Shown: positions 19,177 to 27,500, counted from the stretch's first letter. The stretch: DNA of 62,929 bases from an uncultured Planctomycetaceae bacterium (GCA_964521005.1 CAZFPT010000002.1:1-62929), one strand, 5' to 3'. Notes: generated by a model from the sequence alone, not told the origin. Translations and numbers: made by a program.

Positions 19177-19566
19177 TTGTTCTCACTGGGGGACACCTTC
19201 TGGGCGGGCGAGGTGGCCAAGGACCTGGACGGCCACCTGTGTGTAATTCTCTCAGACCCGACGCGCGACCCGGAGAACGTGCTTATCGTAGCCATCACGA
19301 CGTGGGAGAACTACAAGGACGAATCGTGCACGCTGGAGACGGGGGACCACCCGTTCGTTTCACATCTCTCCTGCATAACCTACGACATCCTGCCCCATCC
19401 TTTTCCGCTTCAGAAACTCGAATCTCTTGTAGAGCAGGGCCTTATCAAGAAGCGCGAACCGCTGGACGCACATGTTCTGGCCAAGGTATTGTCTGGTGCC
19501 GCGGAAACACGCTTCCTGCCCAATATCTTCCACAAGATTCTTCTCGAGCAGAATCTCATCGATTAG
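19177..19566 (+). CDS. 129-aa protein translationally coupled to the Panacea gene; putative toxin (MazF/PemK-like motif order, tentative)
   Basis: A TTG start 1 nt after the upstream TGA, with GGAGG 6 nt upstream. The motif order GDTFW...HLCVILSDP...VLIVAITT...SCITYD resembles the Kid/MazF barrel. The gene is AT-richer than its surroundings. Confidence 0.5.
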   Translation: MFSLGDTFWAGEVAKDLDGHLCVILSDPTRDPENVLIVAITTWENYKDESCTLETGDHPFVSHLSCITYDILPHPFPLQKLESLVEQGLIKKREPLDAHVLAKVLSGAAETRFLPNIFHKILLEQNLID

Positions 19567-19823
19567 TTCCATCCGTTCCCGTTATCGGGGCAGGTCCAAA
19601 GGCATCCGCGCCCTCTCACGGCAAGAGCGTTTCCGCCAAGCGTTGCCGCTGGGTGTTTACCCCCAGGAAAAGAGGACGATTTTTCAGGTCTTCGCTTCAG
19701 TCGCGGCGTGGTTGCCCGATAAAGACCATGGAGCCGAGTTCAGCCTACGGGGGGCTGAGGTGCGGGTCGGAACAGAATTCCCGCTCCATCGTGTGTTCGA
19801 CGTTTCTGTAACCCAAGGAAGGT

Positions 19824-20543
19824 GTGTCGATGTCCTGTCCTTCATGTGTAACCGCCGAAAGCGCGGGAACCTGCAGCTGCACCACTCCCGACGGGGAAAT
19901 CCGTCTCAAGCTGAATCTTCCTTATCTCGACGCGGAGAAGTCCGCATCGGTCGTAATTCCTCAGGGATCGGCAGGGTTGGCCGACGTCGTGCCCCTGGTG
20001 CGTACCATCGCCGACGCCCTGGTCGCGCGCAGGAGCCCTGCCCGGGCGGAGAAGCAATGCACCGGGCAAGGCTGCGCGATGATCGCGCTGTCGGTGCCCG
20101 AAGCCTTCGCCATCGCCCGGGAGGTCCAGCAGCTCCCTCTCGACCAGCTGGAATCCGTCGCTGCCGCGTTTCACCAGGCCGCCACCGCGATGCTCTCGTC
20201 GCCCCCGCCGGCGGAGATGAGCTTCTCGGCCGCCCCGGAACAACTCTGGTCCTGGTACGCCGAAAACGCCCTGGGATGTCCCCTGCTGCAGGACGGGCAA
20301 TGCCTCCTGCCGGAGGCCAAGCCGCTCTCCTGCCGCCTGCGCGCCGCCGGCGAGGACGTCCCCCGCGTGGACGACGCCCTGGCCCGGTTCGCCGCCCGCA
20401 TGGAGCAGACCGAGGTGGATGGGATGCTCCTACCGATGCTGTTCGCCTGGCTGGGGCAGAACCTCCACCGCCACCGCCGGCAGTGGGACACCGAAACCGT
20501 CTACGCCACGCTGCTGGAGACGCTCAGAGAACTGCCGCACTGA
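19824..20543 (+). CDS. YkgJ-like Cys-cluster protein paralog 1 (degenerate first cluster, extra N-terminal CxxC..CxC)
   Basis: AAGGAAGG RBS; start at GTG 19824 or ATG 19830. Shares CPLLQDGQC...KPLSCRL and MLLPMLFAWLGQNLHRH blocks with paralog 2. The first cluster is reduced to CTGQGC. Confidence 0.6.
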   Translation: MSMSCPSCVTAESAGTCSCTTPDGEIRLKLNLPYLDAEKSASVVIPQGSAGLADVVPLVRTIADALVARRSPARAEKQCTGQGCAMIALSVPEAFAIAREVQQLPLDQLESVAAAFHQAATAMLSSPPPAEMSFSAAPEQLWSWYAENALGCPLLQDGQCLLPEAKPLSCRLRAAGEDVPRVDDALARFAARMEQTEVDGMLLPMLFAWLGQNLHRHRRQWDTETVYATLLETLRELPH

Positions 20544-20749
20544 TCGACCTTCCGCGTCGCCGGCCCCCTTTTGCGTTGCAGGCCGACGAGGCGGAAGTAC
20601 ACATAGCCCCCAAGGGCGCCAATTCATGGCCGGTGGACGGGTTACTGAAGCACAACCCGAAAACGGCCGATGGGTTAATGGGTCACGGGCAATAGATGGA
20701 CCTTCGGGTCCGGCATGGGTGCGAAAAGGAAGCTGGAGAATACCAGCCC

Positions 20750-21622
20750 ATGGCTGCCAATGAACCCACAACCCCGTTACTCGCCGTGAACCTCCCGGAA
20801 GGCACATCCGCCCCGAACGGGTCGCGCGTGCTGCGTATGGAGATCCCCATCTTCGACCAGACCGTCTGCGTCCGGGCGCACATTGCCGACGTCCCGACCC
20901 GCCTGGCCGACCTGATGCCCCTGGCACGCTGGCTGGACGAACGGATCGTCGAGTCCGCGATCGAACAGACCCGCGCCAAAGGCTGGGACGTCTCATGCTC
21001 CATGGGATGCTGCGCGTGCTGCTCCTACCTCATTCCGCTCTCGCTGCCGGAAGTCTTCAGCCTGTGGGATGAACTGCTGGCAATGGACGAGCAGCGCCGA
21101 TTGCAGCTGGGCGAGCGATTCACCGAAAGCACGCGTCGGCTGTTCTCCCAGCCGTTCGCGCCGGCCGATATTGACGGGGATGGCCACGCCAACATTGTCC
21201 ACCAGATGGGCCAGTGGTACGCCGAACTCGAGCTCCCCTGCCCGCTGCTGGAAAACGCCCTCTGCAGCGAATACGAAATCCGCCCGCTGGCCTGTCGCGA
21301 GTACATGGTGATCTCATCGCCCGAGCACTGCCAGGGCCGATCCCCCCATCCAGCCACCCGCATCGATCTGCCCGTCAGCATCGCCGAATCGTGCATGGAA
21401 TTGACTGCCACCATGGAAGGCCGCGAGCCGGAAGGCATCATCATGACCAGCATGCTCGCGTGGCTGGGCGACAACCTCGATCGCCACGAAGCGACCTTCC
21501 CTGCCCTCGAACTGTTCCGAACCTTCCTGCAGATCGTCCAGCGCCGCGTCCGCACCGACCTGCACCTGCCCAGCCCCGGTAATGAGGCCCCCATAGGCAA
21601 CGCTTCGTCCGGAGCTGCCTGA
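20750..21622 (+). CDS. YkgJ-family (CxxCxxCC, putative Zn/Fe-chelating) Cys-cluster protein paralog 2
   Basis: CSMGCCACCSYLIPLS and CPLLENALCSEYEIRPLACREY. The ATG at 20750 follows GGAG; the ORF is open from 20696. Confidence 0.7.
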   Translation: MAANEPTTPLLAVNLPEGTSAPNGSRVLRMEIPIFDQTVCVRAHIADVPTRLADLMPLARWLDERIVESAIEQTRAKGWDVSCSMGCCACCSYLIPLSLPEVFSLWDELLAMDEQRRLQLGERFTESTRRLFSQPFAPADIDGDGHANIVHQMGQWYAELELPCPLLENALCSEYEIRPLACREYMVISSPEHCQGRSPHPATRIDLPVSIAESCMELTATMEGREPEGIIMTSMLAWLGDNLDRHEATFPALELFRTFLQIVQRRVRTDLHLPSPGNEAPIGNASSGAA

Positions 21623-21693
21623 AATCGCCCAAGGAGACACGCATCGACGGCACGCCCCCGCAACGCGACGACGCTGCAAGACCGTTTCATCGA

Positions 21694-22431
21694 GTGCGGA
21701 TGGACCTGCCCGTAACCAGTGGCTCTCTCTGCCTGGAAGCCGCCATCCCGCCCGGGCGCTGCGACCTGGCGTCTCTCGTACCCGCCGCCCGGACAATCGC
21801 GTCGCGACTGTCGGCGATGACCGTCTCGATCCTGCGACGGCATGACATCAGCGTGCCCTGCCGCAAGGGCTGCTCGGCCTGCTGCCACTACCTGGTTCCC
21901 CTCTCCGTCGCCGAAGCGCAGGCCCTGCGGCGGACGATCGATCGGCTCCAGCCGTCCCGCCGTGACGCGCTGCAGGCCAAGCTGGCTGCGTGGTCGGCGT
22001 CGTCGGACCTGCCCTCGTCCTGCTATCCGCGCCAGGATGAGCCGGGAACCTTCGCCCGTCTGGCAGATCGATACGCTCAGCGACAGACACCCTGCCCCCT
22101 GCTGCACGCGGGATTGTGCACGATGTACGACGACCGCCCCATCGCCTGCCGGGAGCATGCTGCCCTGGGGCCGTCCGTCGCCTGCCATCACAGGCGCGGC
22201 GGTAAGCCGACACCGGTCATCACCAGCGTCTTCGAAGCCCTCAGCCGCCTCCACGCCGAACTCACCGACAGGCCCATGGAAGTCGTCCCCATGCCCTCGC
22301 TCCACGACTGGTGGGAGCGGCACGGGGATGACGAAAGCCCCGCCGGGGACGGCGAGACGATGATCCGTCGTCTCGGGGCGATCCTGGCCGAGCAGTTCGA
22401 TACGTTCGTCACCTCCCGCCGCGCGGGCTGA
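21694..22431 (+). CDS. YkgJ-family Cys-cluster protein paralog 3
   Basis: CRKGCSACCHYLVPLS and CPLLHAGLCTMYDDRPIACREH. Start at GTG 21694 or ATG 21700. Confidence 0.7.
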   Translation: MRMDLPVTSGSLCLEAAIPPGRCDLASLVPAARTIASRLSAMTVSILRRHDISVPCRKGCSACCHYLVPLSVAEAQALRRTIDRLQPSRRDALQAKLAAWSASSDLPSSCYPRQDEPGTFARLADRYAQRQTPCPLLHAGLCTMYDDRPIACREHAALGPSVACHHRRGGKPTPVITSVFEALSRLHAELTDRPMEVVPMPSLHDWWERHGDDESPAGDGETMIRRLGAILAEQFDTFVTSRRAG

Positions 22432-22442
22432 GAAACACGTCG

Positions 22443-22461
22443 CACGGCCTTCCAGGCCGTG
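22443..22461 (+). terminator. hairpin after paralog 3 (weak terminator candidate)
   Basis: CACGGCC-TTCCA-GGCCGTG, a perfect 7-bp stem 12 nt after the stop. It has no real U-tract (TCTGCC). Confidence 0.3.
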
Positions 22462-22470
22462 TCTGCCAAC

Positions 22471-22766
22471 AGGCAGATTCCCATGCGACGGGAAGCGGGT
22501 TTCACAGGTATCTCCGCACCTCTGTGCTTTGCAGAGCTGCCCGATCCACCGATCAAGGGTGTCGGTCAGCCGTAGGGCCCGCAACTTGTTGCGGGCGCGA
22601 TCCCGGGGCGATGCGGGGACGATCACTCCTTGGAACTTGTCATTTGGGATTTGGAATTTCGCTTTTCTACCCCCACCTTTCGCTTCGCTCAAGATGGGGC
22701 TTCAACTGCGATTCACCGGGTGCCACAGGTGTCTCCGCACACCTGTGCCCTGAAATCATATCCGAT
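22471..22766 (+). repeat. mosaic intergenic repeat locus 1 (modules A-B-C-A')
   Basis: Degenerate module A at 22471-22561, module B at 22562-22604 (GCAACTTGTTGC palindrome at 22581-22592), module C at 22605-22716, and the A core at 22717-22766 with a perfect 9-bp hairpin at 22724-22747. The modules recur at 26975-27500 and, inverted, at 62650-62929. Confidence 0.85.
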
Positions 22767-22912
22767 TCGCCCGCTCGCGCGGGGGACGGGAGCAAGAGGA
22801 AGGTTCTCGAGGGGGCTTGATCCCCGCACGCGCGGGGGCTGGGCTTGTATGACCTGCGGCGGGTCGCTACGATAGGCCGCTTTGACCGGCAGTGCCAAGG
22901 AGATGAGGACAA

Positions 22913-24154
22913 ATGATTCGGCTGGGACTTGTAGGAATCGGCGGGTACGGATGGTCGCTCGCCCAAGCCATTCACAAAGCACGCAAGCAGGCGGGATGTC
23001 GCCTGGTGGCCGTTGCCGACGCGCGGCTGGAGGACTTCCCCGAACGAACTGCGGAGTTGGAAGAGTCCGGCGTGCAGCTGTTCGGCGACGCCTTCGAGAT
23101 GTACGACGCGATGGTCGGCAAGTGCGACGCGATCTACATCGCCACGGGAATTGCCTCCCACGAGCCGCTTGCCACGCGCGCCATCCGGGCGGGCTATCAC
23201 GTACACGTCGAGAAACCCACCGCCGCCACCGTGCAGGAGGTAGACTCCATCCTCGCCGCCCTGGGCGAGGAAGGCAGAATGAGCATCATCGGCTACCAGG
23301 CGGTGCACGGCAACGACATCCGCTTTCTGAAAGAGCAGATCTGCGCCGGGGCGATCGGCGAGGTGAAATCGCTGGTCTGTCACGCCGGTTGGCCGAGAAA
23401 GCGATTCTACTACGACCGCAACCCCTGGGCCGGCGAGCTCCAGCAGGGCCGGCGATGGGTTCTGGACGGTCCGGCGATGAACGCACTGAACCACCAGATC
23501 AACAACATGCTGCACCTGGCGTCGTCTCAGCCGGGCGGGTTCGCCACGCCGTCGGCCGTCCGGGCCGAACTGTACGCCGCCGGGCCCATCAACGCCCACG
23601 ACACCGCCGCGATCGCCATCGACACCGTCGAAGGACCCCGCGCGACCTTCCTGGCAACCCACTGTCCCGACGGCCACTGGGGCCCGGAGATGACCATTCA
23701 CGGCAGCGAGGGGACCGCCTGGTGGCGCATGCGCAGCCAGGCCGTGATCCGCCCCGACCACGGCGAGGAAATCCACTGCGACGCCGAGAACGTCGAACAC
23801 CGCGAGATGGTCGCAAACTTCATGGACGCCCTCCGACAGGACGACCCGTCCATCATCCGCTGCGACGCAGCCGACGGGCGACAGTCGATTCTCGCACTGG
23901 ACGGCGCCCACGAGAGCAGCCAACGCATCCACCGCATCGACCCGCAGCATCTCCGCAGAAAGAACGAGGGCACCTCGCGCGAGCAGACGATCATCCCGGA
24001 CGCCGAGAAGATCATTCGTGCCGCCGCCGAGCGGGGCTGCCTCTTCTCCGACCTGGATGACCCGCCCGCCTGGGCCGTCGCCACCGAGCGATTCGACCTG
24101 GACGGGTATACCGAGTTTCCTCAGCAATTCGTGGCCAACCAGGACCCTGCATGA
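22913..24154 (+). CDS. Gfo/Idh/MocA family oxidoreductase
   Basis: N-terminal Rossmann block MIRLGLVGIGGYGWS..., then VAVAD, and EKP in HVHVEKPTAA. AAGGAG RBS. Confidence 0.8.
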   Translation: MIRLGLVGIGGYGWSLAQAIHKARKQAGCRLVAVADARLEDFPERTAELEESGVQLFGDAFEMYDAMVGKCDAIYIATGIASHEPLATRAIRAGYHVHVEKPTAATVQEVDSILAALGEEGRMSIIGYQAVHGNDIRFLKEQICAGAIGEVKSLVCHAGWPRKRFYYDRNPWAGELQQGRRWVLDGPAMNALNHQINNMLHLASSQPGGFATPSAVRAELYAAGPINAHDTAAIAIDTVEGPRATFLATHCPDGHWGPEMTIHGSEGTAWWRMRSQAVIRPDHGEEIHCDAENVEHREMVANFMDALRQDDPSIIRCDAADGRQSILALDGAHESSQRIHRIDPQHLRRKNEGTSREQTIIPDAEKIIRAAAERGCLFSDLDDPPAWAVATERFDLDGYTEFPQQFVANQDPA

Positions 24155-25548
24155 TCAAGGAACACAGCCAAATCATCGTCCTGCTGACCGGGATCGTGGA
24201 CCTCGCGATCACCGTTGGGGCATGGGTGCTGGTTTGGTGGATCCGTTTCTACAGCGGATGGATGGACTATCACGGCCCGGCCCCGTCGCTGGTGGACCTG
24301 GCCGACGTGATCATCATTACGATGCTGCTGACGCTGCTGGTGTTCGGACGGATGGGCATCTATCAGCCCCGGCGAGGTCAGCCGTTGTGGCTGGAAACGC
24401 TGGACCTGCTCAAGGCCTGTGCCATCGTCTGGGCGGGCGAGGTGTTCATGGGTCATTTCCTGCACTCGCCAAGACTCTCGGTGAAGATGCAGGGGCTGCT
24501 TCTGGTGCTTTGGCCGACACTGCTGATGACGTGGCGGCTGGGGGCGCGAACGATACTCCGCTCGGTTCGGGCCCGGGGGCGAAACACCCGCTCGGTGGCG
24601 ATCGTCGGGGCCGGCCGCGTCGGTCAGACGCTCTTCCATCGCCTCCGCAATCTCCGCTGGACCGGGTATACCATCCGCTACTTCGTGGACGAGTCCCGCC
24701 TGGGCGACACGCTGCTGGGCGTGCCGATCCGCGGACCCTTCGACGATGTCGGGCGACTGGTGCAGAAGTACCCGGTCGACGCCGTGTTCATCGCCCTGCC
24801 CCAGCGTCACCAGCATCGCATGGAGGAAATCCTCAACCAGCTGGGCCCGAACCTGGTGGACGTCAATGTCGTACCGGACCTTCTGAGCTTCCAGTTCCTG
24901 CGCCACCGCATCACGCAGATCGGTCGGCTGCCGGTGGTGAACCTTACGTTCAGCCCGCAGACGGGCTGGAATTCGGTGGTGAAACGCACAATCGACGTCG
25001 CGATCGCCACCATCGCCCTGGTCGGGCTGCTGCCGCTGATGGCGATCATCGCAGCAGCCGTCAGGCTCACCAGCCCCGGGCCCGTGGTGTATCGCCAACG
25101 ACGGGCCAGCCTCGGCGGGCAGGAGTTCGACATTCTCAAGTTCCGCTCGATGGCCGTCGACGCCGAAGCCGACAATCAACCCGAGTGGCACGTGAAAACG
25201 GGAGACCCACGGGTGACCTGGGTGGGCCGATTTCTCCGCCGATTCAGCCTGGACGAACTGCCCCAACTGCTGAATGTCCTGCGGGGCGACATGTCGCTGG
25301 TGGGCCCGCGACCCGAACGGCCGGAATTTATCGAGCGGTTCCGCCGACAGATTCCCGGCTACATGCTGCGACACCACGTCAAGGCGGGGCTCACCGGATG
25401 GGCCCAGGTCAACGGGTTCCGCGGAGACACAAGCCTGCGCAAACGCATCCAGTACGACCTGGATTACATCAACCGATGGTCGCTCGGATTCGACCTCTAC
25501 GTCATGGTGCTCACGGTGTTCCGGGGCATCATCAGCCCCAACCCCTGA
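24151..25548 (+). CDS. undecaprenyl-phosphate sugar phosphotransferase (WcaJ/EpsB-type priming glycosyltransferase)
   Basis: Multi-TM N-terminus and a central Rossmann-like region ([10 protein letters not shown]). C-terminal bacterial sugar transferase block [23 protein letters not shown]...[16 protein letters not shown] overlap with the upstream gene. Confidence 0.85.
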   Translation: MIKEHSQIIVLLTGIVDLAITVGAWVLVWWIRFYSGWMDYHGPAPSLVDLADVIIITMLLTLLVFGRMGIYQPRRGQPLWLETLDLLKACAIVWAGEVFMGHFLHSPRLSVKMQGLLLVLWPTLLMTWRLGARTILRSVRARGRNTRSVAIVGAGRVGQTLFHRLRNLRWTGYTIRYFVDESRLGDTLLGVPIRGPFDDVGRLVQKYPVDAVFIALPQRHQHRMEEILNQLGPNLVDVNVVPDLLSFQFLRHRITQIGRLPVVNLTFSPQTGWNSVVKRTIDVAIATIALVGLLPLMAIIAAAVRLTSPGPVVYRQRRASLGGQEFDILKFRSMAVDAEADNQPEWHVKTGDPRVTWVGRFLRRFSLDELPQLLNVLRGDMSLVGPRPERPEFIERFRRQIPGYMLRHHVKAGLTGWAQVNGFRGDTSLRKRIQYDLDYINRWSLGFDLYVMVLTVFRGIISPNP

Positions 25549-25555
25549 CCAGGCC

Positions 25556-26974
25556 ATGTTCCCCGCCGGTGACACGATCGTCGCAGTCTCCTCGGCCGCC
25601 GGACCCGCCCCGCGCGCCATCGTCCGTCTTTCCGGCCCGGAAGCGATCGCCCTTGCCGCCAGCCTGTTCACCCCGATCGCTCCGGATGTCTCCCTGCAGC
25701 GGCTGGGCGGCTTTCGCAGCTGTGAGGGAATGGTCACGCTCACCGACCCCCCCTGCCAGATTCCCGCCCGGGCCCTGGTGTTCCGCGCACCGTGCAGCTA
25801 CACGCGCGAAGACCTCATCGAACTGCACCTGCCCGGGTCGACTCCGATCGCCTCGGGGTGCGCCGATGCCCTGATCGCCGCGGGCGGACGGGCCGCCCAG
25901 GGCGGCGAATTTACCGCCCGGGCGTTCTTCTCCGGTCGGCTGGATCTCTCCGAAGCCGCCGCCGTCGCCGACGTGATCAACGCCACCGACCGCGCGCAGC
26001 TGCGCTCCGCCGTCGGCGTGCTGCACGGGCGGGTTCATCGGCTCTGCCAGGCCGCCACGATCGCGATGACCGACGCGCTGGCGACCGTGGAAGCCTCCAT
26101 CGACCTGGCGGAGCACGACATTCAGCCGGCGACGCCCGGTGAGCTGATCGCTGCCCTGGGGGAGCAATCCGAGCAGTTGCGACGCGCCGCCGAGCAGGCG
26201 GGCGACCTGCCGGACACAGCCGCCCTGCCGACGGTGGTACTGGCCGGACGACCCAACGCGGGAAAGAGCTCGCTGCTCAACGCGCTGGTGGGACACGCGC
26301 GGGCGATTGTCTCGCCCGTGGCCGGCACGACGCGCGACGTGCTCTCGGCGTGGATGGACCTGCCCGCCGGCGGGGCGATGCTCCACGACGTCGCCGGGGC
26401 CGCCCACTCCGACGACCCGCTCGAAGCACCGGCCACCTCCGCTGCATTGGCTGCCCTCGCCCGGGCGGAGGTCATCGTCCTCGTCGCCGATCTCTCCGCG
26501 GGCCAGACCGATCGAGGCAGCGAAGCCGACCTGCTCGCCGAGATCCGCTCGACCAACGCGCAGGCGGCCTGCGTGCTGGCTGCCAATAAATGCGACCTGT
26601 CGGACACACCGGCGTCTACGCTGGCAGACCGACTTGGCGTGGAGCGGGACAGGGCGTTTCGTGTGTCGGCTGCCGACGGGACCGGACTGCCCGCCCTGCG
26701 CGAACGCCTCGCGGAGATTCTTACCGGCGACGTCTTCCGCTCGGGGCAAACGCTCGGGCTGCACGCCCGTCAGCGGCGCTGCCTGCTGGAAGCAGCCGAC
26801 GCGATCGACCAGGCCGGCACGCTGCTGGGGGATGTGGATGACGTTGCCGCATCGGCGGAACTGGTGGCCGTCGAGCTGCGAGCGGGCCTGGCGCAGCTGG
26901 GACAGATCACCGGCGAGGTCACCAACGAGGATGTTCTGGGACGCATTTTCGGGCGGTTCTGCGTGGGGAAATAG
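25556..26974 (+). CDS. mnmE: tRNA modification GTPase MnmE
   Basis: DTIVAVSSAAGPAPRAIVRLSG, the G-domain GRPNAGKSSLLNALVG, and the C-terminal FCVGK tetrapeptide. The ORF upstream of 25556 overlaps wcaJ in another frame. Confidence 0.9.
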   Translation: MFPAGDTIVAVSSAAGPAPRAIVRLSGPEAIALAASLFTPIAPDVSLQRLGGFRSCEGMVTLTDPPCQIPARALVFRAPCSYTREDLIELHLPGSTPIASGCADALIAAGGRAAQGGEFTARAFFSGRLDLSEAAAVADVINATDRAQLRSAVGVLHGRVHRLCQAATIAMTDALATVEASIDLAEHDIQPATPGELIAALGEQSEQLRRAAEQAGDLPDTAALPTVVLAGRPNAGKSSLLNALVGHARAIVSPVAGTTRDVLSAWMDLPAGGAMLHDVAGAAHSDDPLEAPATSAALAALARAEVIVLVADLSAGQTDRGSEADLLAEIRSTNAQAACVLAANKCDLSDTPASTLADRLGVERDRAFRVSAADGTGLPALRERLAEILTGDVFRSGQTLGLHARQRRCLLEAADAIDQAGTLLGDVDDVAASAELVAVELRAGLAQLGQITGEVTNEDVLGRIFGRFCVGK

Positions 26975-27500
26975 GGCAGGATGCCCATGCGACCGGAAAC
27001 GGGTGCCACAGGTGTCTCCGCACACCTGTGCTCTGAAGTAGTGTCCGATCCACCCATCAAGGGTGCCCGGGCTTGTGGCGTTTCGACTGAGCTTGCGAGG
27101 GAGGAACAGAGCAACCCGGCAGTCGCGATGTCCGACCATTACCTGAAGAGCGATCCGAACCAACCGGGTTGCTCAGCTCGCTTGGGCTCGCTGCACAACG
27201 CCGGGCACCCTTGTCTTTGGGGGCGGTCAGGTCGTAGGGCTCGCAACTTGTTGCGGGCGCATCGCCGAAAAAAAAACAGAACATGGGCAGGATGCCCATG
27301 CGACGGGAAACCGGTGCCACAGGTGTCTCCGCACACCTGTGCTCTGAAGTAGTGTCCGATCCACCCATCAAGGGTGTCGGTCAGGCCGTAGGGCTCGCAA
27401 CTTGTTGCGGGCGCGATCGCCGAGGGCGGAAACAAGACAGAACATGGGCAGGATGCCCATGCGACGGGAAGGCCCATGCGACGGGAAACGGGTACCTCGC
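26975..27500 (+). repeat. mosaic intergenic repeat locus 2 (modules A-x-D-B / A-B / partial A with internal duplication)
   Basis: Two 92-nt A copies (26975-27066 and 27283-27376) differ at only 2 positions. Hairpins CACAGGTGT-CTCCGC-ACACCTGTG lie at 27007-27030 and 27318-27341. Module D is at about 27105-27222. B copies are at 27224-27266 and 27376-27422. A partial A at 27443-27500 has CCCATGCGACGGGAA duplicated. Confidence 0.9.

Noticed and set aside
18558-19298. A 246-aa ORF antisense to the Panacea gene, considered as the real gene of the cassette.
   Set aside because: It has no motif and no SD, whereas the plus-strand ORF carries the DUF4065 blocks, a promoter and a coupled downstream gene.
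19239-20695. Plus-strand ORFs 19239-19811 and 19472-20695, which bridge the toxin gene, the intergenic spacer and paralog 1.
   Set aside because: They are out of frame with the supported genes and have junk composition (Arg/Gly/Pro-rich).
22630-22875. Short ORFs inside the repeat loci, such as 22630-22875(+), 26981-27352(+), 27283-27795(+) and 62619-62852(-), considered as small repeated proteins.
   Set aside because: Homologous repeat modules fall in different frames and on different strands in different copies, and indels break the frames. The conservation is at nucleotide and structure level.
26975-27500. A CRISPR array, suggested by the repeated ~90-nt units with hairpins.
   Set aside because: The units are too long, are not regularly spaced, are separated by other repeat modules rather than unique spacers, and recur dispersed and inverted at other loci. 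No cas genes are present.
22471-27500. Integron attC sites flanking gene cassettes, suggested by the GCAAC/GTTGC palindromes.
   Set aside because: The motifs do not fit RYYYAAC/GTTRRRY. The DNA between the repeat loci holds long housekeeping genes (oxidoreductase, wcaJ-like, mnmE) in an operon-like arrangement, and there is no intI.
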